Below, one piece after another: positions 12,145 through 26,900 of a stretch of DNA of 64,000 nt. Numbering within the stretch: the stretch's first letter is position 1; the number at the start of each line of letters is the position of its first letter. This DNA comes from Auanema rhodensis (taxonomy: Eukaryota; Animalia; Nematoda). Location: NCBI GenBank assembly GCA_964057225.1, contig CAXKVF010000098.1:1-64000 (forward strand), given 5' to 3'. The position numbers and the translations under genes are program-made. The notes below the pieces were generated by a model. That model saw only the letters and a list, made by a program, of their open reading frames with translations. It was not told the origin of the DNA and did no database searches.

Positions 12145-14960
12145 AAAGTTCACGTAAATTTCAAAGTCATGGTTACCATGCACCAATATCAATAAAAATT
12201 TGTTTTTAGACTAATATGGACATGAGGAATCTAATTTTGAAAACGGCATCTCTTTATCTTTCACGTGAAGCGAGTTACATACCAAGTGCACATCACGTGT
12301 ACATTTAATTAGCATAAATTAAAGTTCACGTAAATTTCAAAGTCATGGTTACCATGAACCAATATCAATAAAAATTTGTTTTTAGACTAATATGGACATG
12401 GGGAATCTAATTTTAAAAACCGCATCTCTTTATCTTTCACGTGAAGCGAGTTACATACCAAGTGCACATCACGTGTACATTTAATTAGCATAAATTAAAG
12501 TTCACGTAAATTTCAAAGTCATGGTTACCATGCACCAATATCAATAAAAATTTGTTTTTAGACTAATATGGACATGAGGAATCTAATTTTGAAAACGGCA
12601 TCTCTTTATCTTTCACGTGAAGCGAGTTACATACCAAGTGCACATCACGTGTACATTTAATTAGCATAAATTAAAGTTCACGTAAATTTCAAAGTCATGG
12701 TTACCATGCACCAATATCAATAAAAATTTGTTTTTAGACTAATATGGACATGAGGAATCTAATTTTGAAAACGGCATCTCTTTATCTTTCACGTGAAGCG
12801 AGTTACATACCAAGTGCACATCACGTGTACATTTAATTAGCATAAATTAAAGTTCACGTAAATTTCAAAGTCATGGTTACCATGAACCAATATCAATAAA
12901 AATTTTTTTTTAGACTAATATGGACATGGGGAATCTAATTTTGGAAACCGCATCTCTTTATCTTTCACGTGAAGCGAGTTACATACCAAGTGCACATCAC
13001 GTGTACATTTAATTAGCATAAATTAAAGTTCACGTAAATTTCAAAGTCATGGTTACCATGAACCAATATCAATAAAAATTTGTTTTTAGACTAATATGGA
13101 CATGGGGAATCTAATTTTGAAAACCGCATCTCTTTATCTTTCACGTGAAGCGAGTTACATACCAAGTGCACATCACGTGTACATTTAATTAGCATAAATT
13201 AAAGTTCACGTAAATTTCAAAGTCATGGTTACCATGCACCAATATCAATAAAAATTTGTTTTTAGACTAATATGGACATGGGAAATTTAATTTTGAAAAC
13301 CGCATCTCTTTATCTTTCACGTGAAGCGAGTTACATACCAAGTGCACATCACGTGTACATTTAATTAGCATAAATTAAAGTTCACGTAAATTTCAAAGTC
13401 ATGGTTACCATGCACCAATATCAATAAAAATTTGTTTTTAGACTAATATGGACATGGGGAATCTAATTTTGAAAACCGCATCTCTTTATCTTTCACGTGA
13501 AGCGAGTTACATACCAAGTGCACATCACGTGTACATTTAATTAGCATAAATTAAAGTTCACGTAAATTTCAAAGTCATGGTTACCATGCACCAATATCAA
13601 TAAAAATTTGTTTTTAGACTAATATGGACATGAGGAATCTAATTTTGAAAACGGCATCTCTTTATCTTTCACGTGAAGCGAGTTACATACCAAGTGCACA
13701 TCACGTGTACATTTAATTAGCATAAATTAAAGTTCACGTAAATTTCAAAGTCATGGTTACCATGAACCAATATCAATAAAAATTTGTTTTTAGACTAATA
13801 TGGACATGGGGAATCTAATTTTAAAAACCGCATCTCTTTATCTTTCACGTGAAGCGAGTTACATACCAAGTGCACATCACGTGTACATTTAATTAGCATA
13901 AATTAAAGTTCACGTAAATTTCAAAGTCATGGTTACCATGCACCAATATCAATAAAAATTTGTTTTTAGACTAATATGGACATGAGGAATCTAATTTTGA
14001 AAACGGCATCTCTTTATCTTTCACGTGAAGCGAGTTACATACCAAGTGCACATCACGTGTACATTTAATTAGCATAAATTAAAGTTCACGTAAATTTCAA
14101 AGTCATGGTTACCATGCACCAATATCAATAAAAATTTGTTTTTAGACTAATATGGACATGAGGAATCTAATTTTGAAAACGGCATCTCTTTATCTTTCAC
14201 GTGAAGCGAGTTACATACCAAGTGCACATCACGTGTACATTTAATTAGCATAAATTAAAGTTCACGTAAATTTCAAAGTCATGGTTACCATGAACCAATA
14301 TCAATAAAAATTTTTTTTTAGACTAATATGGACATGGGGAATCTAATTTTGGAAACCGCATCTCTTTATCTTTCACGTGAAGCGAGTTACATACCAAGTG
14401 CACATCACGTGTACATTTAATTAGCATAAATTAAAGTTCACGTAAATTTCAAAGTCATGGTTACCATGAACCAATATCAATAAAAATTTGTTTTTAGACT
14501 AATATGGACATGGGGAATCTAATTTTGAAAACCGCATCTCTTTATCTTTCACGTGAAGCGAGTTACATACCAAGTGCACATCACGTGTACATTTAATTAG
14601 CATAAATTAAAGTTCACGTAAATTTCAAAGTCATGGTTACCATGCACCAATATCAATAAAAATTTGTTTTTAGACTAATATGGACATGGGAAATTTAATT
14701 TTGAAAACCGCATCTCTTTATCTTTCACGTGAAGCGAGTTACATACCAAGGGCACATCACGTGTACATTTAATTAGCATAAATTAAAGTTCACGTAAATT
14801 TCAAAGTCATGGTTACCATGCACCAATATCAATAAAAATTTGTTTTTAGACTAATATGGACATGGGGAATCTAATTTTGAAAACCGCATCTCTTTATCTT
14901 TCACGTGAAGCGAGTTACATACCAAGTGCACATCACGTGTACATTTAATTAGCATAAATT
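12145..14960. repeat. 8-monomer (1408-bp) tandem higher-order duplication
   Basis: The variant order is the same in 12145-13552 and 13553-14960. Marker TTTTAAAAAC occurs at 12415 and 13823 (difference 1408). Confidence 0.88.
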
Positions 14961-15136
14961 AAAGTTCACGTAAATTTCAAAGTCATGGTTACCATGAACC
15001 AATATCAATAAAAATTTGTTTTTAGACTAATATGGACATGGGGAATCTAATTTTGAAAACCGCATCTCTTTATCTTTCACGTGAAGCGAGTTACATACCA
15101 AGTGCACATCACGTGTACATTTAATTAGCATAAATT

Positions 15137-18100
15137 AAAGTTCACGTAAATTTCAAAGTCATGGTTACCATGAACCAATATCAATAAAATTTGTTTTTAG
15201 ACTAATATGGACAGGGGGAATCTAATTTTGAAAACCGCATCTCTTTATCTTTCACGTGAAGCGAGTTACGTACCAAGTGCACATCACGTGTACATTTAAT
15301 TAGCATAAATTAAAATTCACGTAAATTTCAAAGTCATGGTTATCATGAACCAATATCAATAAAAATTTGTTTTTAGACTAATATGGACATGGGGAATCTA
15401 ATTTTGAAAACCGCATCTCTTTATCTTTCACGTGAAGCGAGTTACATACCAAGTGCACATCACGTGTACATTTAATTAGCATAAATTAAAGTTCACGTAA
15501 ATTTCAAAGTCATGGTTACCATGCACCAATATCAATAAAAATTTGTTTTTAGACTAATATGGACATGGGGAATCTAATTTTGAAAACCGCATCTCTTTAT
15601 CTTTCACGTGAAGCGAGTTACATACCGAGTGCACATCACGTGTACATTTAATTAGCATAAATTAAAGTTCACGTAAATTTCAAAGTCATGGTTACCATGC
15701 ACCAATATCAATAAAAATTTGTTTTTAGACTAATATGGACATGGGGAATCTAATTTTGAAAACCGCATTTCTTTATCTTTCACGTGAAGCGAGTTACATA
15801 CCAAGTGCACATCACGTGTACATTTAATTAGCATAAATTAAAGTTCACGTAAATTTCAAAGTCATGGTTACCATGAACCAATATCAATAAAAATTTGTTT
15901 TTAGACTAATATGGACATGGGGAATCTAATTTTGAAAACCGCATCTCTTTATCTTTCACGTGAAGCGAGTTACATACCAAGTGCACATCACGTGTACATT
16001 TAATTAGCATAAATTAAAGTTCACGTAAATTTCAAAGTCATGGTTATCATGAACCAATATCAATAAAAATTTGTTTTTAGACTAATATGGACATGGGGAA
16101 TCTAATTTTGAAAACCGCATCTCTTTATCTTTCACGTGAAGCGAGTTACATACCAAGTGCACATCACGTGTACATTTAATTAGCATAAATTAAAGTTCAC
16201 GTAAATTTCAAAGTCATGGTTACCATGCACCAATATCAATAAAAATTTGTTTTTAGACTAATATGGACATGGGAAATTTAATTTTGAAAACCGCATCTCT
16301 TTATCTTTCACGTGAAGCGAGTTACATACCGAGTGCACATCACGTGTACATTTAATTAGCATAAATTAAAGTTCACGTAAATTTCAAAGTCATGGTTACC
16401 ATGCACCAATATCAATAAAAATTTGTTTTTAGACTAATATGGACATGGGGAATCTAATTTTGAAAACCGCATTTCTTTATCTTTCACGTGAAGCGAGTTA
16501 CATACCAAGTGCACATCACGTGTACATTTAATTAGCATAAATTAAAGTTCACGTAAATTTCAAAGTCATGGTTACCATGCACCAATATCAATAAAAATTT
16601 GTTTTTAGACTAATATGGACATGGGGAATCTAATTTTGAAAACCGCATCTCTTTATCTTTCACGTGAAGCGAGTTACATACCAAGGGCACATCACGTGTA
16701 CATTTAATTAGCATAAATTAAAGTTCACGTAAATTTCAAAGTCATGGTTACCATGAACCAATATCAATAAAAATTTGTTTTTAGACTAATATGGACATGG
16801 GGAATCTAATTTTGAAAACCGCATCTCTTTATCTTTCACGTGAAGCGAGTTACATACCAAGTGCACATCACGTGTACATTTAATTAGCATAAATTAAAGT
16901 TCACGTAAATTTCAAAGTCATGGTTACCATGAACCAATATCAATAAAAATTTGTTTTTAGACTAATATGGACATGGGCAATCTAATTTTGAAAACCGCAT
17001 CTCTTTATCTTTCACGTGAAGCGAGTTACATACCAAGTGCACATCACGTGTACATTTAATTAGCATAAATTAAAGTTCACGTAAATTTCAAAGTCATGGT
17101 TACCATGAACCAATATCAATAAAAATTTGTTTTTAGACTATTATGGACATAGGGAATCTAATTTTGAAAACCGCATCTCTTCATCTTTCACGTGAAGCGA
17201 GTTACATACCAAGTGCACATCACGTGTACATTTAATTAGCATAAATTGAAGTTCACGTAAATTTCAAAGTCATGGTTACCATGAACCAATATCAATAAAA
17301 ATTTGTTTTTAGACTAATATGGACAGGGGGAATCTAATTTTGAAAAACGCATCTCTTTATCTTTAACGTGAAGCGAGTTACATACCAAGTGCACATCACG
17401 TGTACATTTAATTAGCATAAATTAAAGTTCACGTAAATTTCAAAGTCATGGTTACCATGAACCAATATCAATAAAAATTTGTTTTTAGACTAATATGGAC
17501 ATGGGGAATCTAATTTTGAAAACCGCGTCTCTTTATCTTTTACGTGAAGCGAGTTACATACCAAGTGCACATCACGTGTACATTTAATTAGCATAAATTA
17601 AAGTTCACGTAAATTTCAAAGTCATGGTTACCATGCACCAATATCAATAAAAATTTGTTTTTAGACTAATATGGACATGGGAAATTTAATTTTGAAAACC
17701 GCATCTCTTTATCTTTCACGTGAAGCGAGTTACATACCAAGTGCACATCACGTGTACATTTAATTAGCATAAATTAAAGTTCACGTAAATTTAAAAGTCA
17801 TGGTTACCATGCACCAATATCAATAAAAATTTGTTTTTAGACTAATATGGACATGGGGAATCTAATTTTGAAAACCGCATCTCTTTATCTTTCACGTGAA
17901 GCGAGTTACATACCAAGTGCACATCACGTGTACATTTAATTAGCATAAATTAAAGTTCACGTAAATTTCAAAGTCATGGTTACCATGCACCAATATCAAT
18001 AAAAATTTGTTTTTAGACTAATATGGACATGGGGAATCTAATTTTGAAAACCGCATCTCTTTATCTTTCACGTGAAGCGAGTTACATACCAAGGGCACAT

Positions 18101-20943
18101 CACGTGTACATTTAATTAGCATAAATTAAAGTTCACGTAAATTTCAAAGTCATGGTTACCATGCACCAATATCAATAAAAATTTGTTTTTAGACTAATAT
18201 GGACATGGGGAATCTAATTTTGAAAACCGCATCTCTTTATCTTTCACGTGAAGCGAGTTACATACCAAGTGCACATCACGTGTACATTTAATTAGCATAA
18301 ATTAAAGTTCACGTAAATTTCAAAGTCATGGTTACCATGAACCAATATCAATAAAAATTTGTTTTTAGACTAATATGGACATGGGGAATCTAATTTTGAA
18401 AACCGCATCTCTTTATCTTTCACGTGAAGCGAGTTACATACCAAGTGCACATCACGTGTACATTTAATTAGCATAAATTAAAGTTCACGTAAATTTCAAA
18501 GTCATGGTTACCATGCACCAATATCAATAAAAATTTGTTTTTAGACTAATATGGACATGGGGAATCTAATTTTGAAAACCGCATCTCTTTATCTTTCACG
18601 TGAAGCGAGTTACATACCAAGGGCACATCACGTGTACATTTAATTAGCATAAATTAAAGTTCACGTAAATTTCAAAGTCATGGTTACCATGCACCAATAT
18701 CAATAAAAATTTGTTTTTAGACTAATATGGACATGGGCAATCTAATTTTGAAAACCGCATCTCTTTATCTTTCACGTGAAGCGAGTTACATACCAAGTGC
18801 ACATCACGTGTACATTTAATTAGCATAAATTAAAGTTCACGTAAATTTCAAAGTCATGGTTACCATGAACCAATATCAATAAAAATTTGTTTTTAGACTA
18901 ATATGGACAGGGGGAATCTAATTTTGAAAAACGCATCTCTTTATCTTTAACGTGAAGCGAGTTACATACCAAGTGCACATCACGTGTACATTTAATTAGC
19001 ATAAATTAAAGTTCACGTAAATTTCAAAGTCATGGTTACCATGAACCAATATCAATAAAAATTTGTTTTTAGACTAATATGGACATGGGGAATCTAATTT
19101 TGAAAAACGCATCTCTTTATCTTTCACGTGAAGCGAGTTACATACCAAGTGCACATCACGTGTACATTTAATTAGCATAAATTAAAGTTCACGTAAATTT
19201 CAAAGTCATGGTTACCATGCACCAATATCAATAAAAATTTGTTTTTAGACTAATATGGACATGGGGAATCTAATTTTGAAAACCGCATCTCTTTATCTTT
19301 CACGTGAAGCGAGTTACATACCAAGTGCACATCACGTGTACATTTAATTAGCATAAATTAAAGTTCACGTAAATTTCAAAGTCATGGTTACCATGCACCA
19401 ATATCAATAAAAATTTGTTTTTAGACTAATATGGACATGGGAAATTTAATTTTGAAAACCGCATCTCTTTATCTTTCACGTGAAGCGAGTTACATACCAA
19501 GTGCACATCACGTGTACATTTAATTAGCATAAATTAAAGTTCACGTAAATTTCAAAGTCATGGTTACCATGCACCAATATCAATAAAAATTTGTTTTTAG
19601 ACTAATATGGACATGGGGAATCTAATTTTGAAAACCGCATCTCTTTATCTTTCACGTGAAGCGAGTTACATACCAAGTGCACATCACGTGTACATTTAAT
19701 TAGCATAAATTAAAGTTCACGTAAATTTCAAAGTCATGGTTACCATGCACCAATATCAATAAAAATTTGTTTTTAGACTAATATGGACATGGGGAATCTA
19801 ATTTTGAAAACCGCATCTCTTTATCTTTCACGTGAAGCGAGTTACATACCAAGGGCACATCACGTGTACATTTAATTAGCATAAATTAAAGTTCACGTAA
19901 ATTTCAAAGTCATGGTTACCATGCACCAATATCAATAAAAATTTGTTTTTAGACTAATATGGACATGGGGAATCTAATTTTGAAAACCGCATCTCTTTAT
20001 CTTTCACGTGAAGCGAGTTACATACCAAGTGCACATCACGTGTACATTTAATTAGCATAAATTAAAGTTCACGTAAATTTCAAAGTCATGGTTACCATGA
20101 ACCAATATCAATAAAAATTTGTTTTTAGACTAATATGGACATGGGGAATCTAATTTTGAAAACCGCATCTCTTTATCTTTCACGTGAAGCGAGTTACATA
20201 CCAAGTGCACATCACGTGTACATTTAATTAGCATAAATTAAAGTTCACGTAAATTTCAAAGTCATGGTTACCATGCACCAATATCAATAAAAATTTGTTT
20301 TTAGACTAATATGGACATGGGGAATCTAATTTTGAAAACCGCATCTCTTTATCTTTCACGTGAAGCGAGTTACATACCAAGGGCCCATCACGTGTACATT
20401 TAATTAGCATAAATTAAAGTTCACGTAAATTTCAAAGTCATGGTTACCATGCACCAATATCAATAAAAATTTGTTTTTAGACTAATATGGACATGGGCAA
20501 TCTAATTTTGAAAACCGCATCTCTTTATCTTTCACGTGAAGCAAGTTACATACCAAGTGCACATCACGTGTACATTTAATTAGCATAAATTAAAGTTCAC
20601 GTAAATTTCAAAGTCATGGTTACCATGAACCAATATCAATAAAAATTTGTTTTTAGACTAATATGGACATAGGGAATCTAATTTTGAAAACCGCATCTCT
20701 TCATCTTTCACGTGAAGCGAGTTACATACCAAGTGCACATCACGTGTACATTTAATTAGCATAAATTGAAGTTCACGTAAATTTCAAAGTCATGGTTACC
20801 ATGAACCAATATCAATAAAAATTTGTTTTTAGACTAATATGGACATGGGGAATCTAATTTTGAAAACCGCATCTCTTTATCTTTCACGTGAAGCGAGTTA
20901 CATACCAAGTGCACATCACGTGTACATTTAATTAGCATAAATT
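15137..20943. repeat. Array domain II: transitional domain with ~10-monomer (1760-bp) periodicity
   Basis: GGGCAA marker at 16978, 18738 and 20498. Characteristic variants include AAGGGCAC, ACAGGGG, AAAACGC, TTTAACG and TATCATG. Confidence 0.8.
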
Positions 20944-23900
20944 AAAGTTCACGTAAATTTCAAAGTCATGGTTACCATGAAGCAATATCAATAAAAATTT
21001 GTTTTTAGACTAATATGGACATGGGGAATCTAATTTTGAAAACCGCATCTCTTTATCTTTCACGTGAAGCGAGTTACATACCAAGTGCACATCACGTGTA
21101 CATTTAATTAGCATAAATTAAAGTTCACGTAAATTTCAAAGTCATGGTTACCATGAACCAATATCAATAAAAATTTGTTTTTAGACTAATATGGACATGG
21201 GGAATCTAATTTTGAAAACCGCATCTCTTTATCTTTCACGTGAAGCGAGTTACATACCAAGTGCACATCACGTGTACATTTAATTAGCATAAATTAAAGT
21301 TCACGTAAAATTCAAAGTCATGGTTACCATGAAGCAATATCAATAAAAATTTGTTTTTAGACTAATATGGACATGGGGAATCTAATTTTGAAAACCGCAT
21401 CTCTTTATCTTTCACGTGAAGCGAGTTACATACCAAGTGCACATCACGTGTACATTTAATTAGCATAAATTAAAGTTCACGTAAATTTCAAAGTCATGGT
21501 TACCATGCACCAATATCAATAAAAATTTGTTTTTAGACTAATATGGACATGGGGAATCTAATTTTGAAAACCGCATCTCTTTATCTTTCACGTGAAGCGA
21601 GTTACATACCAAGTGCACATCACGTGTACATTTAATTAGCATAAATTAAAGTTCACGTAAATTTCAAAGTCATGGTTACCATGCACCAATATCAATAAAA
21701 ATTTGTTTTTAGACTAATATGGACATGGGGAATCTAATTTTGAAAACCGCATCTCTTTATCTTTCACGTGAAGCGAGTTACATACCAAGTGCACATCACG
21801 TGTACATTTAATTAGCATAAATTAAAGTTCACGTAAATTTCAAAGTCATGGTTACCATGAACCAATATCAATAAAAATTTGTTTTTAGACTAATATGGAC
21901 ATGGGGAATCTAATTTTGAAAACCGCATCTCTTTATCTTTCACGTGAAGCGAGTTACATACCAAGTGCACATCACGTGTACATTTAATTAGCATAAATTA
22001 AAGTTCACGTAAATTTCAAAGTCATGGTTACCATGAACCAATATCAATAAAAATTTGTTTTTAGACTAATATGGACATGGGGAATCTAATTTTGAAAACC
22101 GCATCTCTTTATCTTTCACGTGAAGCGAGTTACATACCAAGTGCACATCACGTGTACATTTAATTAGCATAAATTAAAGTTCACGTAAATTTCAAAGTCA
22201 TGGTTACCATGAACCAATATCAATAAAAATTTGTTTTTAGACTAATATGGACATGGGGAATCTAATTTTGAAAACCGCATCTCTTTATCTTTCACGTGAA
22301 GCGAGTTACATACCAAGTGCACATCACGTGTACATTTAATTAGCATAAATTAAAGTTCACGTAAAATTCAAAGTCATGGTTACCATGAAGCAATATCAAT
22401 AAAAATTTGTTTTTAGACTAATATGGACATGGGGAATCTAATTTTGAAAACCGCATCTCTTTATCTTTCACGTGAAGCGAGTTACATACCAAGTGCACAT
22501 CACGTGTACATTTAATTAGCATAAATTAAAGTTCACGTAAATTTCAAAGTCATGGTTACCATGAACCAATATCAATAAAAATTTGTTTTTAGACTAATAT
22601 GGACATGGGGAATCTAATTTTGAAAACCGCATCTCTTTATCTTTCACGTGAAGCGAGTTACATACCAAGTGCACATCACGTGTACATTTAATTAGCATAA
22701 ATTAAAGTTCACGTAAAATTCAAAGTCATGGTTACCATGAAGCAATATCAATAAAAATTTGTTTTTAGACTAATATGGACATGGGGAATCTAATTTTGAA
22801 AACCGCATCTCTTTATCTTTCACGTGAAGCGAGTTACATACCAAGTGCACATCACGTGTACATTTAATTAGCATAAATTAAAGTTCACGTAAATTTCAAA
22901 GTCATGGTTACCATGCACCAATATCAATAAAAATTTGTTTTTAGACTAATATGGACATGGGGAATCTAATTTTGAAAACCGCATCTCTTTATCTTTCACG
23001 TGAAGCGAGTTACATACCAAGTGCACATCACGTGTACATTTAATTAGCATAAATTAAAGTTCACGTAAATTTCAAAGTCATGGTTACCATGAACCAATAT
23101 CAATAAAAATTTGTTTTTAGACTAATATGGACATGGGGAATCTAATTTTGAAAACCGCATCTCTTTATCTTTCACGTGAAGCGAGTTACATACCAAGTGC
23201 ACATCACGTGTACATTTAATTAGCATAAATTAAAGTTCACGTAAATTTCAAAGTCATGGTTACCATGAACCAATATCAATAAAAATTTGTTTTTAGACTA
23301 ATATGGACATGGGGAATCTAATTTTGAAAACCGCATCTCTTTATCTTTCACGTGAAGCGAGTTACATACCAAGTGCACATCACGTGTACATTTAATTAGC
23401 ATAAATTAAAGTTCACGTAAAATTCAAAGTCATGGTTACCATGAAGCAATATCAATAAAAATTTGTTTTTAGACTAATATGGACATGGGGAATCTAATTT
23501 TGAAAACCGCATCTCTTTATCTTTCACGTGAAGCGAGTTACATACCAAGTGCACATCACGTGTACATTTAATTAGCATAAATTAAAGTTCACGTAAATTT
23601 CAAAGTCATGGTTACCATGAACCAATATCAATAAAAATTTGTTTTTAGACTAATATGGACATGGGGAATCTAATTTTGAAAACCGCATCTCTTTATCTTT
23701 CACGTGAAGCGAGTTACATACCAAGTGCACATCACGTGTACATTTAATTAGCATAAATTAAAGTTCACGTAAAATTCAAAGTCATGGTTACCATGAAGCA
23801 ATATCAATAAAAATTTGTTTTTAGACTAATATGGACATGGGGAATCTAATTTTGAAAACCGCATCTCTTTATCTTTCACGTGAAGCGAGTTACATACCAA

Positions 23901-26900
23901 GTGCACATCACGTGTACATTTAATTAGCATAAATTAAAGTTCACGTAAATTTCAAAGTCATGGTTACCATGCACCAATATCAATAAAAATTTGTTTTTAG
24001 ACTAATATGGACATGGGGAATCTAATTTTGAAAACCGCATCTCTTTATCTTTCACGTGAAGCGAGTTACATACCAAGTGCACATCACGTGTACATTTAAT
24101 TAGCATAAATTAAAGTTCACGTAAATTTCAAAGTCATGGTTACCATGCACCAATATCAATAAAAATTTGTTTTTAGACTAATATGGACATGGGGAATCTA
24201 ATTTTGAAAACCGCATCTCTTTATCTTTCACGTGAAGCGAGTTACATACCAAGTGCACATCACGTGTACATTTAATTAGCATAAATTAAAGTTCACGTAA
24301 ATTTCAAAGTCATGGTTACCATGAACCAATATCAATAAAAATTTGTTTTTAGACTAATATGGACATGGGGAATCTAATTTTGAAAACCGCATCTCTTTAT
24401 CTTTCACGTGAAGCGAGTTACATACCAAGTGCACATCACGTGTACATTTAATTAGCATAAATTAAAGTTCACGTAAATTTCAAAGTCATGGTTACCATGA
24501 ACCAATATCAATAAAAATTTGTTTTTAGACTAATATGGACATGGGGAATCTAATTTTGAAAACCGCATCTCTTTATCTTTCACGTGAAGCGAGTTACATA
24601 CCAAGTGCACATCACGTGTACATTTAATTAGCATAAATTAAAGTTCACGTAAATTTCAAAGTCATGGTTACCATGAACCAATATCAATAAAAATTTGTTT
24701 TTAGACTAATATGGACATGGGGAATCTAATTTTGAAAACCGCATCTCTTTATCTTTCACGTGAAGCGAGTTACATACCAAGTGCACATCACGTGTACATT
24801 TAATTAGCATAAATTAAAGTTCACGTAAATTTCAAAGTCATGGTTACCATGCACCAATATCAATAAAAATTTGTTTTTAGACTAATATGGACATGGGGAA
24901 TCTAATTTTGAAAACCGCATCTCTTTATCTTTCACGTGAAGCGAGTTACATACCAAGTGCACATGACGTGTACATTTAATTAGCATAAATTAAAGTTCAC
25001 GTAAATTTCAAAGTCATGGTTACCATTCACCAATATCAATAAAAATTTGTTTTTAGACTAATATGGACATGGGGAATCTAATTTAGAAAACCGCATCTCT
25101 TTATCTTTCACGTGAAGCGAGTTACATACCAAGTGCACATCACGTGTACATTTAATTAGCATAAATTAAAGTTCACGTAAATTTCAAAGTCATGGTTACC
25201 ATGAAGCAATATCAATAAAAATTTGTTTTTAGACTAATATGGACATGGGGAATCTAATTTTGAAAACCGCATCTCTTTATCTTTCACGTGAAGCGAGTTA
25301 CATACCAAGTGCACATCACGTGTACATTTAATTAGCATAAATTAAAGTTCACGTAAATTTCAAAGTCATGGTTACCATGAAGCAATATCAATAAAAATTT
25401 GTTTTTAGACTAATATGGACATGGGGAATCTAATTTTGAAAACCGCATCTCTTTATCTTTCACGTGAAGCGAGTTACATACCAAGTGCACATCACGTGTA
25501 CATTTAATTAGCATAAATTAAAGTTCACGTAAATTTCAAAGTCATGGTTACCATGCACCAATATCAATAAAAATTTGTTTTTAGACTAATATGGACATGG
25601 GGAATCTAATTTTGAAAACCGCATCTCTTTATCTTTCACGTGAAGCGAGTTACATACCAAGTGCACATCACGTGTACATTTAATTAGCATAAATTAAAGT
25701 TCACGTAAATTTCAAAGTCATGGTTACCATGAACCAATATCAATAAAAATTTGTTTTTAGACTAATATGGACATGGGGAATCTAATTTTGAAAACCGCAT
25801 CTCTTTATCTTTCACGTGAAGCGAGTTACATACCAAGTGCACATCACGTGTACATTTAATTAGCATAAATTAAAGTTCACGTAAATTTCAAAGTCATGGT
25901 TACCATGAAGCAATATCAATAAAAATTTGTTTTTAGACTAATATGGACATGGGGAATCTAATTTTGAAAACCGCATCTCTTTATCTTTCACGTGAAGCGA
26001 GTTACATACCAAGTGCACATCACGTGTACATTTAATTAGCATAAATTAAAGTTCACGTAAATTTCAAAGTCATGGTTACCATGCACCAATATCAATAAAA
26101 ATTTGTTTTTAGACTAATATGGACATGGGGAATCTAATTTTGAAAACCGCATCTCTTTATCTTTCACGTGAAGCGAGTTACATACCAAGTGCACATCACG
26201 TGTACATTTAATTAGCATAAATTAAAGTTCACGTAAATTTCAAAGTCATGGTTACCATGCACCAATATCAATAAAAATTTGTTTTTAGACTAATATGGAC
26301 ATGGGGAATCTAATTTTGAAAACCGCATCTCTTTATCTTTCACGTGAAGCGAGTTACATACCAAGTGCACATCACGTGTACATTTAATTAGCATAAATTA
26401 AAGTTCACGTAAATTTCAAAGTCATGGTTACCATGAACCAATATCAATAAAAATTTGTTTTTAGACTAATATGGACATGGGGAATCTAATTTTGAAAACC
26501 GCATCTCTTTATCTTTCACGTGAAGCGAGTTACATACCAAGTGCACATCACGTGTACATTTAATTAGCATAAATTAAAGTTCACGTAAATTTCAAAGTCA
26601 TGGTTACCATTCACCAATATCAATAAAAATTTGTTTTTAGACTAATATGGACATGGGGAATCTAATTTTGAAAACCGCATCTCTTTATCTTTCACGTGAA
26701 GCGAGTTACATACCAAGTGCACATCACGTGTACATTTAATTAGCATAAATTAAAGTTCACGTAAATTTCAAAGTCATGGTTACCATTCACCAATATCAAT
26801 AAAAATTTGTTTTTAGACTAATATGGACATGGGGAATCTAATTTAGAAAACCGCATCTCTTTATCTTTCACGTGAAGCGAGTTACATACCAAGTGCACAT

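Larger units (their letters stand above)
1..15136. repeat. Array domain I: variant-rich monomers with a degenerate ~30-33-monomer higher-order structure
   Basis: Recurrent linked variants: CATGAGG+AAACGG, GGGAAATTT, CATAGGG+CTTCATC+TTGAAG, GCTAG+AAAATTCAC+GGAAACC, AAACTAAAG+TTCGTTT. Confidence 0.85.
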
